Below, one piece after another: positions 29,268-37,981 of a stretch of 64,000 bases of DNA; within the stretch, counting starts at the first letter, position 1; each line of letters starts with the position of its first letter. A program made the translations under genes and the position numbers. Source of the DNA: an uncultured Thermoanaerobaculia bacterium (GTDB lineage: Bacteria; Acidobacteriota; Thermoanaerobaculia; Multivoradales; SZUA-115); the NCBI GenBank assembly GCA_964420075.1, contig CAYQRE010000006.1:74793-138792 (forward strand). The letters run 5' to 3'. The notes under the pieces were generated by a model. That model made no database searches. It had not been told where the DNA came from and saw nothing but the letters and a program-made list of their open reading frames with translations.

Positions 29268-30851
29268 TCAGCGCAGCAGCGCCGGCAAGCGCGCTTCGAC
29301 CTCGGCGCGCGAGAGCCCGAGGAGATCGGCGTGGGCGAGCAGGGGGGCGAAGTCCACTGGGTAAAGATTGCCGCGCGCCGGATCGGCGAGGCCGGCGACG
29401 TTGCGGGGCGCGATCGCCGCCGCGACCCACTCTTCGAAGGCAGCGAGAGCAGCCGGCAGCGGGGCAGCGCCCAGCACGGTGAGCCGGTCGTGGGCGGCGT
29501 GAGGCCAGCTGGCCACGAGCTCGTCCGTCGCTCCCAGGAAGCCCCGCCAAGCCCAATCATCGGCCTCGGGATGGAGGCGCCGCAGGGCCTCACCGAAGCT
29601 CGCCGCCGCGAAGTAGAGCTGGGCGTAGGCGGCGAATGCCCGGAAACTACGGCGGGCGCGGTAGGCGCCGGCGATCAGGCGGTCGAGGTGGTCGGCCTCG
29701 CAGGCGAGCTGCTGCTGGTAGCGCGCGAGGGCGGCCGCGGAGGGCAGACCGCGCTCGAAGAGCCGGCCGATCCGCTCGACGCCGGCGAGGCTCCAGGCGA
29801 TCCCGGTCGAGAAGAGGGGATCGCTGAAGGCGTAGGTGCTCGGCAACAGCAGCCAGTGCTCCCCCACGGCGCGGCACAGGCGGTGCTGCACCCGCGGCAC
29901 GAAGCCCAGAGGCCGGACGGCCTCGGCGGCCTCGAATTGGGCAGCGAGCGAGGGGTAGCGGGCGAGGAGCCGGGCCCAGAGCTCTGCAGCCGCCCCGCCT
30001 TCGGCGAGGAGCCCCGCCGCCGCGGGCTCGTCGAGGTCGAGCAGGAAACCAGCGCTCGTCACCCCGTCGTCGAAGGGGAGCACGTACATCCAACCGAGGT
30101 CGGTCAGGTGGTGGTTGGCCGCCCAATGCTCGGGGTAAGGAGGCGCGGGCAGCGGCGCTCCCTCCGCCGTTGCCACCTCGGCGAAGGGGTGCACACCAGT
30201 GAAGTGGCCGTAGACCAGCGCCGAGCGAACGGCCGAGGGCTCCGGCGCGACGATCCCCGGCACGACGGAGGCGTACAGGCCACGGCCACCGCTGGCATCG
30301 AGGACGAAGTCGGCGCTGGCGGCGAAGTCGCGGCCGTCCTGCCGGCCCTGGATCTGCACGCCCTGGGGACGGCGGCACACGGCCGTCACCTCCACCCGCT
30401 CGTGGACCTCCACGCCTTCCTCCGCGGCGCGGGCGACGAAAAAGGCGTCGACGTCCTCGCGCAGCCAGTGGCTGTCGGCCACCGCGTCGCTCGGGCTCGC
30501 CGCCACCAGCAGCCGGGCCAGCGGCGCGTCGGCGAACTTCCGGCCCGGCTGGTGGCCGTAGAAGCTGAAGCCGCGTTTGAGGCCACGGCGCAGCGCCGGA
30601 TAGGCCGCCAGCCAGCGGCCGTAGGCGGCCAGGGCGCGGAGATCGGGGAGGTCGTAGCGCGCGGCGAGGGCTTCGAGGGCGATCGCCGCGAGCGGCGTCG
30701 ACGACTCGCCGAGGGCGAAGCGCGGGTGCTGGCCGCGCTCGAGCAGGAGGACGCGGTACTCCAGCCGGTGGAGCACGCGGGCAGCGAGAGTGCCGGCGAA
30801 GCCGGAGCCGACCACGGCGACGGTCGCGCTCACGCTCCGCACTCCGCACAC
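29268..30851 (-). CDS. FAD-dependent oxidoreductase, tryptophan-halogenase-like family
   Basis: Rossmann motif 'VAVVGSGFAGTLAAR' at the N-terminus. 'GWMYVLPF' resembles the halogenase WxWxIP block, and 'FSDPLFSTGI' resembles the FxDPxxSxG motif. GTG start. Overlaps the radical SAM gene by 22 nt. Confidence 0.6.
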   Translation of the reverse strand: MCGVRSVSATVAVVGSGFAGTLAARVLHRLEYRVLLLERGQHPRFALGESSTPLAAIALEALAARYDLPDLRALAAYGRWLAAYPALRRGLKRGFSFYGHQPGRKFADAPLARLLVAASPSDAVADSHWLREDVDAFFVARAAEEGVEVHERVEVTAVCRRPQGVQIQGRQDGRDFAASADFVLDASGGRGLYASVVPGIVAPEPSAVRSALVYGHFTGVHPFAEVATAEGAPLPAPPYPEHWAANHHLTDLGWMYVLPFDDGVTSAGFLLDLDEPAAAGLLAEGGAAAELWARLLARYPSLAAQFEAAEAVRPLGFVPRVQHRLCRAVGEHWLLLPSTYAFSDPLFSTGIAWSLAGVERIGRLFERGLPSAAALARYQQQLACEADHLDRLIAGAYRARRSFRAFAAYAQLYFAAASFGEALRRLHPEADDWAWRGFLGATDELVASWPHAAHDRLTVLGAAPLPAALAAFEEWVAAAIAPRNVAGLADPARGNLYPVDFAPLLAHADLLGLSRAEVEARLPALLR

Positions 30852-31783
30852 GAGACGGCCGGCTCCCCTGCCCCCGCGAGGTTGATCCGTGCCAGCCGCT
30901 TACGCCGAGCCGCGAAGCAGCACGGGCAGGCGGCGAGGCGTTCGAGGTCCCAGAGGTCGGCCGTCACCACACCGCCGCCGAGCGCGAGGGCGCCGTCGAG
31001 GGCCGCCTCCAGCTGAGCGAGGTTCGGCGGCACGAACTGCCCACGCGCAGCCAGCGCGTCGAGGCCGCCACCACCGCGCACGGGGATGAGGCTCACCACG
31101 CCGACCCCCTGTGCAAAGGCGAGCTCCGCCGAGCGCACCGCCCAGGCCACCGCCTCGGCGGGCGGCACGAACGGCGCCCCCACCAGCACGAAGGCCCGCA
31201 TCCCCACCCCCGCACCGCGCAAGGTACGCGCAGCGGCCGCGAAGTCCCCGAGCGTCATCCCCTTACCGGAGCGGGCGAGCGCCTCGGGATGCGCCGTCTC
31301 AAGCCCCATCGCCACCTCCAGCCGCCCCGCGAGGCGCTCCGCGAAGGCGAGGCAGCGCCGGCCGACCAGGCGGGGATGGCTCTCGACCACCACGCCGAGA
31401 AAGGGCCGCGCGAGCTCGGCGAGCGCCGCGTCGTCCGCCTCCGGCACCGCCCGGTGGTCGAAGAAGTTGCTGGCGTTGTAGAGCTTGAGGAGAGTTCCCG
31501 CCCGTTCCCTGGGCGGCACCCCGGCGAGCGCGCTCGCGAGTTGCGCCGGCAAGGCCCCAGGCGGCGTGGGGCCGTCGAGGGTGTGCTGCCAGAGGTCACA
31601 GAACACGCAGGAGAAGGGGCATTCGGCACCGGTGAGAAAGACCGTGAGCGCCGCCACCTGCCCTCCTCCCGGCCGGCGCTCCTCCTCGCGCAGCACGCCC
31701 TGCGCCCGCCAATTATCGAGCGCGGGCTTGGGCGGGCGGTGCATGGGCCAGAGGATAGCCCCACAACGGAGCGAGCGGTCCAC
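30830..31783 (-). CDS. Radical SAM domain protein (about 300 aa, Cys-rich C-terminus)
   Basis: CxxxCxxC cluster 'TGAECPFSCVFCD' about 55 aa from the N-terminus. C-terminal 'CPCCF…SCAEC' suggests a zinc ribbon or auxiliary cluster. Start ambiguous (GTG at 31783 or ATG at 31744). Confidence 0.65.
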   Translation of the reverse strand: MDRSLRCGAILWPMHRPPKPALDNWRAQGVLREEERRPGGGQVAALTVFLTGAECPFSCVFCDLWQHTLDGPTPPGALPAQLASALAGVPPRERAGTLLKLYNASNFFDHRAVPEADDAALAELARPFLGVVVESHPRLVGRRCLAFAERLAGRLEVAMGLETAHPEALARSGKGMTLGDFAAAARTLRGAGVGMRAFVLVGAPFVPPAEAVAWAVRSAELAFAQGVGVVSLIPVRGGGGLDALAARGQFVPPNLAQLEAALDGALALGGGVVTADLWDLERLAACPCCFAARRKRLARINLAGAGEPAVSCAECGA

Positions 31784-32175
31784 CTGCGCGGACGCACTCG
31801 CCCGCAGGAACGCCGATGAGGTGATGAGATCGGGGCCTTCTACGAGGGGACGCCTTCGACGGTCGAGGGCTGGCGGTCAGCGCCAGGCCCGAGGTGGCGC
31901 CTTGGCCGGGGCGATGCGGAAGGGCGGTATGAAAGAGATGCCGCTCTTGGCCCTCGACGACGAGCAGGCGCGCTACTTCCGCGGGGCCGCGGAAGAGCAG
32001 ATCGTGGTCAGCCGCCCCGGCCAGCGGGCAGGCACATCGGTTTCGGCTCCGAGGACGCCTGGTTCGACTGCCGGCTGGACTACGAACCGCACTTCACCAG
32101 CGCGGCGAGAGCGTCCGCGCCAGGTAGCGCGCAAAGCGACGAGTGAGGCTGGAGAACCGGCCGCCGGAGGCCCCC

Positions 32176-33531
32176 TCACGCCACCTGGCAGTAGAGGTCG
32201 AGGAAGTGGCGGCGGTAGGTCTCCGCATCGTGGCCGAGGCGGCTCATGCGGGCCTCGTCCGAGGTCGCACCGTCCTGGAAGCGCCGCTTCTCGTAGACCG
32301 GCATCTCGAGCCCGGTGACGGCGGCGACGCCGCGGCGGACCACCTCGCCCTTCAACGCATAGAGCTGGGCGTGCGAACCGCCGGTCAGCGCCGCGAAGGG
32401 GATGGCCTCGGCCACCGCGATCACCGCCGGCCGGGTGTAGGGCGAGAAGCCCACGAAGCCATGGCGGGCGGCCGGAGCGTAGGTGCGCACGGTGCCCCGC
32501 GAGAGGCCGCCGCTGTAGGTCAACGAGTGCTTGATGCAGTCCACTCCCCAGCCCTCGTGGTAGAGCATTCGGTTGTTGACCACGCTGCGAATCGTCAGCT
32601 CAGCGTTCTCCTCGATCGGGTAGTCCTTGAGGTTCTCGTCGCCGCCGTCGCCGTCGACCAAGAGCTGCCAGTCCGGGTAGCGCTGGCGCAGCGCCGCCAG
32701 CAGCGCCAGGTTGACCGCCGCGCATTCGACGTCGAGGGGCTTGTAGTCCTCGATCACCTCGACTGCCGCCAGCGGGTCGACGGCAGAAGCCGGCACCTCG
32801 ATCACCTCGTGGAAGAGCCCGAGGTCCAGCCGCGAGAGGAAGTCCCGTGCCTGTGCCGCGTCGGCGCCGCCCTCGACGGAGAGCGTGAAGGCCTTGAGCC
32901 GCGCCGGGCTCTGGCCGAGATCGAGCAGAGCGCGGTAGAGGCAGAGGAAGACGGCGCCGCTGTCGATGCCGCCGGAGAGCAGGACGCCGATCGGCGCCCC
33001 GGGGTCGACGCTGCCGAGCCAGCTGCGCACTTCGTCCATCAGGGCGCCGACATACTGCCGGCCGATGAGATCGAGGTCGGGCGGCAGCACGGCCCGCTGG
33101 GGATCGAAGAAGCGGCGGTAGACGGGGTTCGGGTCCGGGCAGCCGACGAGCCGCAGCTCGGTCACGTGGTGCGCCGGCACCATCCGCGTGTAGGAGGGAT
33201 GGAACTGCGCCGCCTTGCCCTCGCCGGCGAGGAAGTCGCGGATCTCATCGATGCGCTCCGCCACCACCAGCATCGGCCCCGCGACCTCCTTGGCCAGGAA
33301 GTAGCGCAAGGGACGGTCGAGGCTGCGAGCGAGGTAGACCTTCTCGCCCCCGCGGGCCACCAGCGCGAAGGAGCCCTGCAGGCCGAGCACCGCGGCTGGC
33401 TCGCCGCTCACCAGCCGGCGGCGGGCCTCGGCGAGATCGACGCCCGGCAGCCGCTGGCGGGCCGGGTCGGTGAGGTCGACAAGGCGGGCGATGGTGCGCT
33501 GGTGGGGCGGCGGGGCGAGGGTGGTTTCCAT
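32176..33531 (-). CDS. Asparagine-synthetase-B-family amidotransferase homolog lacking the N-terminal glutaminase nucleophile region
   Basis: Internal ATG 'METTLAPP' with GGAGG 4 nt upstream. PP-loop 'GVLLSGGIDSGAV', 'LLVDGDGGDE' and AsnB-like 'GSFALVARGGEKVYLARSLDRPLRYF'. About 100 N-terminal residues of canonical AsnB, including Cys1, are absent. Confidence 0.7.
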   Translation of the reverse strand: METTLAPPPHQRTIARLVDLTDPARQRLPGVDLAEARRRLVSGEPAAVLGLQGSFALVARGGEKVYLARSLDRPLRYFLAKEVAGPMLVVAERIDEIRDFLAGEGKAAQFHPSYTRMVPAHHVTELRLVGCPDPNPVYRRFFDPQRAVLPPDLDLIGRQYVGALMDEVRSWLGSVDPGAPIGVLLSGGIDSGAVFLCLYRALLDLGQSPARLKAFTLSVEGGADAAQARDFLSRLDLGLFHEVIEVPASAVDPLAAVEVIEDYKPLDVECAAVNLALLAALRQRYPDWQLLVDGDGGDENLKDYPIEENAELTIRSVVNNRMLYHEGWGVDCIKHSLTYSGGLSRGTVRTYAPAARHGFVGFSPYTRPAVIAVAEAIPFAALTGGSHAQLYALKGEVVRRGVAAVTGLEMPVYEKRRFQDGATSDEARMSRLGHDAETYRRHFLDLYCQVA

Positions 33532-33700
33532 GGGGCCTCCTGGCGGGTCGCGTCCGCACCCGAGCTTACCGCGGCCGGCGCCGTGGCGGCTTTCGCCGCG
33601 GGATGACGCCAAGTCCTCCGGGGGGACTCTGCCGCCCGCCGGTTCGGCGGCGCGGCCGGCCTCGGCCCGATCCACCGCACCCGCCCCGGAGGACTGCCCC

Positions 33701-35947
33701 ATGCGAACGACCGCTCATCGATCCCGCCCGGCCGCCCGCCGTGGCCTCGCGGCGCTCCTGGCTCTGGCCGCGCAGCTGGGCCTCGCCGTTGCCGCCCACC
33801 CCGACTTCCTGCCCGGCTGGAGCCAGCCCAAGGGGGCCTGGAGCTTCTCGGTCGCCCTCGGCGACGTCGACGGCGACGGCGATCTCGACGCCTACGTCAC
33901 CGACTTCTTCACCGGCGACACGCTGTGGCTCAACGACGGTACCGGCACCTTCACGGACAGCGGCCAGTCCCTCGACACCGGCATGGGCAGCCTCGCCCTG
34001 CTGGCGCCCCTCGACAGCGGCACCTCCCTCGACCTCTGGCTTTCCCGCCACCTGGCGAGCAACCGCGTGTGGTTGAACGACGGGCTCGGCACCTTCACCG
34101 ACACGGGCCAGTCGATCGGCGGTGCGGAGAGCCGCCGCGGCGGCGCCCTCGGTGACCTCGACGGCGACGGCGACCTCGACGCCTGCGTGCCCACGAGCTC
34201 GCCGACCAATCCCAACCGGGTGTACTTCAACGACGGCACCGGCACCTTCACGGACAGCGGCCAGTCCCTCGGCAGCTATTCCAGCCTGGGGGTCGCCCTC
34301 GGCGACGTCGATGCCGATGGCGACCTTGACGCCCTGGTCGCCAACAACGGTGCCAACAAGCTCTGGCGCAACGACGGCCACGGCGTCTTCGCCGACACCG
34401 GCCAGACACCCGGCACGGGCGGCACCTTCGGCGTCGCCCTCGGCGACCTCGACGGCGACGGCGACCTCGACGCCTTCTTCGCCAACGGCAGCAACGGCGG
34501 CGAGGCCAACGAGGTCTGGCGCAACAACGGCAGCGGCGCCTTCACGAGCGGCGGCCAGTTCCTCGACGACGACTACTCGTGGTCCCTCGTCCTCCTCGAC
34601 TGCGAGGGGGACGGCGACCTCGACGCCTTCGTGGGCAACAACGCCGGCCAGCCCAACCGCCTCTACCTCAACGACGGCGCCGCCCACTTCAGCGACAGCG
34701 GCCAGCCGCTGGGCGTGGGCGGCGGGATCTCGGTGGCCGCTGGCGACCTCGACGGCGACGGCGACAGCGACCTCTTCGTAGCCAACGCGGCGCAGCCCAA
34801 CCAGGTGTTCTGGAACGATGGTGCCTGCCACTTCACCGACTCGCTGCAGCTCCTCGGCGGCAGCCGCGGCATCTCAGCGGCGCTCGCCGACCTCGACGGC
34901 GACGGTGACCAGGACGCCCTGATCGGCTCCACCGCCGGCATCGTGCGGGTGCTGCTCAACGACGGTGTGGGCGGCTTCACCGACAGCCACCAATGGCTCG
35001 CCAACGGCTACGGCAGCCTCAACAACGTGCTCTTGGTGGCCGATCTCGACGGCGACGGCGATCGCGACCTCTGGGTGGGCGACGGCGGGCGGACGGCGAG
35101 CGACGACGACCCGGCCGATCGCCTGTGGTGGAACGACGGTGCCGGCACCTTCACCGACAGCGGCCAGCGACTGGGCAGCGAGAGCACCACCGACGGGGCC
35201 TTGGGGGACGTCGACGGCGACGGTGACCTCGACCTCGTGGTGGCCAACTACCCGTCGCTCTTCTCGCCGGGAAGCAACGTCCTCTACCTCAACCAGGGTG
35301 GCACCTTCACGGCGAGCGGCACGAACCTGGGCCTCGGCAACACCACGGCCGTGGCCCTCGGCGACCTGGATGGCGACCAAGACCTCGACATCTTCTTCGC
35401 CAACCGCGGCGAGGGCAGCAAGGTCTGGCGCAACGCCGGCGGCGGCAGCTTCACGGACAGCGGCCAGTCCCTGGGTAGTGCCCAGACCTTCTGTCTCGCC
35501 CTCGGCGACCTCGACGGCGACCAGGACCTCGACGCCTTCTTCGGCAACGGCGGCGGCAACACCGTCTGGCTCAACGACGGCACCGGGGCCTTCACCGACT
35601 CCGCACAATCCTTGGGAACGCTCAACACCGTCGCCGTCCATCTGCTCGACGTCGACGGCGACGGCGACCTCGACGCCTGGACCACCAACGGCAGCGGCGG
35701 GCCGGAGCCGGCGCAGGTCTGGCTCAACGACGGCAGCGCTCGCTTCACGGACAGCGGTTGGCTGCTGGCGAGCAGCCTGGCGGCCGACAGCGCCCTCGGC
35801 AACGTCGACGACGACACCGACCTCGACGTATTGGTGGTGAGCGGTGACGGCGATCACCAGCTGTGGGTGAACCAGTACTCGGGGCCGCTCTTCGCCGACG
35901 GCTTCGAGAGCGGTGACACCACCGCCTGGACCCTCACCGAGCCGTGA
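33701..35947 (+). CDS. Secreted FG-GAP/VCBS (integrin-alpha-like β-propeller) repeat protein
   Basis: Internal ATG with GGAGG upstream. Tat-like signal 'RSRPAARRGLAALLALAA'. More than 12 repeats of 'LGDLDGDGDLDAF…N…W.NDG.G.FTDSGQ.LG'. Confidence 0.8.
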   Translation: MRTTAHRSRPAARRGLAALLALAAQLGLAVAAHPDFLPGWSQPKGAWSFSVALGDVDGDGDLDAYVTDFFTGDTLWLNDGTGTFTDSGQSLDTGMGSLALLAPLDSGTSLDLWLSRHLASNRVWLNDGLGTFTDTGQSIGGAESRRGGALGDLDGDGDLDACVPTSSPTNPNRVYFNDGTGTFTDSGQSLGSYSSLGVALGDVDADGDLDALVANNGANKLWRNDGHGVFADTGQTPGTGGTFGVALGDLDGDGDLDAFFANGSNGGEANEVWRNNGSGAFTSGGQFLDDDYSWSLVLLDCEGDGDLDAFVGNNAGQPNRLYLNDGAAHFSDSGQPLGVGGGISVAAGDLDGDGDSDLFVANAAQPNQVFWNDGACHFTDSLQLLGGSRGISAALADLDGDGDQDALIGSTAGIVRVLLNDGVGGFTDSHQWLANGYGSLNNVLLVADLDGDGDRDLWVGDGGRTASDDDPADRLWWNDGAGTFTDSGQRLGSESTTDGALGDVDGDGDLDLVVANYPSLFSPGSNVLYLNQGGTFTASGTNLGLGNTTAVALGDLDGDQDLDIFFANRGEGSKVWRNAGGGSFTDSGQSLGSAQTFCLALGDLDGDQDLDAFFGNGGGNTVWLNDGTGAFTDSAQSLGTLNTVAVHLLDVDGDGDLDAWTTNGSGGPEPAQVWLNDGSARFTDSGWLLASSLAADSALGNVDDDTDLDVLVVSGDGDHQLWVNQYSGPLFADGFESGDTTAWTLTEP

Positions 35948-36416
35948 GCAGGGCCGCTCGGGCGAGGGCCCAGCGGGCGGCGAGCGCGATGGGAAGACCG
36001 ATCAGGAACATGTGAACGAGGAGGCCCGAGATCAGCACCGGCAAGGGAAAGCGCAGCGGCGTGGGGAAGCGCGACAGCGGCACCACGACGAGGTTCATCA
36101 CGGCGTAGATGCCGGCGCCGTAGAGGGGTCCCAGGATCCCCGGGCGACGCGCGAGGGCGGGCCAGGCGCGGCTCGCCAGCACGAAGGCCGCGGCGAAGGT
36201 GAGGGCGATCCCAAAATGGAGGGCGAGGCCGAGGGCGGCGGTCGCCGCGCCGCCACCGTAGGCCTCCCGACCGAGGAGCCCGCTCGCCACCGACTGCAGC
36301 ACTCGCGCCGGTGGCACGGCACGGCGCAGCCACGAGAAGACGACCGCGTAGGTGATGTCGAAGGCGCCGGCGACGAGGCCTCCAACGGCGATGGCAGTCA
36401 GGGTGCGGGCGCGCAT
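35934..36416 (-). CDS. Small hypothetical membrane protein (4 TM)
   Basis: Internal ATG 'MRARTLTAIAVGGLVAGAFDITYAVVF…'. Uniformly hydrophobic 160-aa product. Confidence 0.5.
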   Translation of the reverse strand: MRARTLTAIAVGGLVAGAFDITYAVVFSWLRRAVPPARVLQSVASGLLGREAYGGGAATAALGLALHFGIALTFAAAFVLASRAWPALARRPGILGPLYGAGIYAVMNLVVVPLSRFPTPLRFPLPVLISGLLVHMFLIGLPIALAARWALARAALLTAR

Positions 36417-36694
36417 GGTTGCGCCCAGAAGCTTACCCGAGAGTCGTCTGCGACCTGGCCTCCTGGCGCTCTGCCGCACCGGCCTCGGGGAGGAGACGGC
36501 CGCCGGACGGCCCTGACGGTTCTCGCGCCGCCGCCAGCAGTCCACAGGAGCGGCCCTCGCTGGCCAGCGGCCTACCCGTCCGTGTGTGGAAGGCCGCCCC
36601 GCCGGCGAACCAGGATCGCCGTTGTAGGATTCCTCCGCTCATCCGAGCGAACAACGCCGAGTATCGGCTGGGAAGGGAGCCCGGACCCACCGCC

Positions 36695-37804
36695 ATGCCC
36701 AAAGTCTTCGTCCCCAAAGAGACCCGCAGCGGCGAGACCCGCGTCGCCGCGACCCCCGAGACCGTCAAGAAGCTCATCAAGGCCGGCCTCACCGTCGCCG
36801 TCGAGGCCGGTGCCGGTGCCAGCGCCTCGATGGCCGATGCGCAGTACCAGGCCGCCGGCGCTGAGATCCTCGACGTGGCGACCGGCTACGCCACGGCGCA
36901 GATGGTGCTCAAGGTGCAGCCCCCCACCGCCGCCGAAGCTGCCCGGCTGACGGCCGACACGGTGCTGATCGCCTTCATGGCCGCCCACCGCAACGCCGAC
37001 GTGGTGAGCCAGCTGGCCCAGGGCCGCGTCAGCAGCCTCGCCATGGAGCTCATCCCGCGCATCACCCGCGCCCAGGCGATGGACGCCCTGTCCTCTCAGG
37101 CGTCGATCGGCGGCTACAAGGCGGTGCTGGTCGCCGCCGCCCGCCTCGGCAAATACTTCCCCCTGCTGATGACCGCCGCCGGCACCATTCCTCCCGCCAA
37201 GGTGGTGGTGATGGGAGCGGGGGTCGCCGGCCTGCAGGCGCTCGCCACCGCCAAGCGGCTGGGGGCCGTGGTCGAGGTGTCGGACGTGCGCGCGGCCGTC
37301 AAAGAGCAGGTGCAGTCCCTCGGTGGCAAGTTCATCGACCTGCCGCAGACCGAGAGCGGCGAGGGCCAGGGCGGCTACGCTCGCGAGATGGGCGAGGACT
37401 TCCTGCGCCGCCAGCGCGAGATCGTTCAGCAGCGGCTGGCCCAGGCCGACGTTGCGATCACCACCGCGCTCATCCCCGGCAAGCCGGCGCCGCGCCTGAT
37501 CAGCCGCGAGATGGTCGAGGCGATGAAGCCGGGGGCGGTGATCGTCGACCTGGCGATCGAGCAGGGTGGCAACTGCGAGCTGTCGCAGGCGGACGTCGAG
37601 GTCAATCATGGCGGCGTCATCATCCTCGCCCCCTCGAACCTGCCAGCGAGCGTACCGATGGATGCTGCCACCCTCTACAGCCGCAACGTCCTCGCGCTTG
37701 TGCAGACGCTGGTCAAGGATGGCGCGCTCCAGCTCGACCTCGCCGACGAGGTCGTCGCCGGTGCCCTCCTCACCCACGCCGGCGAGGTCTGCAAGGCCGG
37801 CTGA
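36695..37804 (+). CDS. pntAA: NAD(P) transhydrogenase alpha subunit part 1 (dI, NAD(H)-binding domain only)
   Basis: 'MPKVFVPKETRSGETRVAATPETVKKL', 'IPRITRAQAMDALSSQASIGGYKAV', 'VVVMGAGVAGLQA' and 'TTALIPGKPAPRLISREMVEAMKPGAVIVDLA' track E. coli PntA dI closely. The ORF stops right after dI (369 aa). No pntAB or pntB follows. Confidence 0.8.
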   Translation: MPKVFVPKETRSGETRVAATPETVKKLIKAGLTVAVEAGAGASASMADAQYQAAGAEILDVATGYATAQMVLKVQPPTAAEAARLTADTVLIAFMAAHRNADVVSQLAQGRVSSLAMELIPRITRAQAMDALSSQASIGGYKAVLVAAARLGKYFPLLMTAAGTIPPAKVVVMGAGVAGLQALATAKRLGAVVEVSDVRAAVKEQVQSLGGKFIDLPQTESGEGQGGYAREMGEDFLRRQREIVQQRLAQADVAITTALIPGKPAPRLISREMVEAMKPGAVIVDLAIEQGGNCELSQADVEVNHGGVIILAPSNLPASVPMDAATLYSRNVLALVQTLVKDGALQLDLADEVVAGALLTHAGEVCKAG

Positions 37805-37843
37805 AGAGCGGTCAACCACCCACTCAGCTCCCCTCTGCGCTCA

Positions 37844-37864
37844 CCCCACCCATCCGCCGCTGCC
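37844..37864 (+). terminator. GC-rich hairpin downstream of pntAA (putative intrinsic terminator)
   Basis: Perfect 9-bp stem CCGCCGCTG/CAGCGGCGG with a CCA loop, 40 nt after the pntAA stop. No U-tract, as is common in high-GC genomes. Confidence 0.4.
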
Positions 37865-37981
37865 ACAGCGGCGGCGTGGTGAGCGCTGTGCTAGCCTCGA
37901 CGCATCTTCTGGGGTCTCCATGGGCTCTCGGTGGCTCGCCCTGCCGCAGGCGGCGGGTCGCCGGCGATGGGAGGTGCGGGC

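Noticed and set aside
29331-31016. 561-aa ORF on the plus strand and 400-aa ORF 29647..30849 −
   Set aside because: Alternative frames over the halogenase-like gene. The Rossmann and halogenase motifs are only in the 29268..30851 − frame.
31784-32175. Possible RiPP or lasso-peptide precursor (68-aa ORF 31973..32179) next to the AsnB-like gene, suggesting a lasso-peptide cluster
   Set aside because: No B-protein (transglutaminase-like peptidase) or RRE/PqqD gene is present. The 68-aa ORF has no leader/core features or Thr/Gly motifs, and it lies in a GC-artifact-prone frame. Kept only as an open question in the cluster finding.
32143-35857. ORFs 32143..33606 +, 33566..34831 −, 34874..35857 − and many 60–290-aa ORFs across the FG-GAP gene
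   Set aside because: The FG-GAP repeat DNA is so regular that all six frames stay open. Only the +frame starting at 33701 gives the DxDGDGDxD/FG-GAP repeats and a signal peptide.
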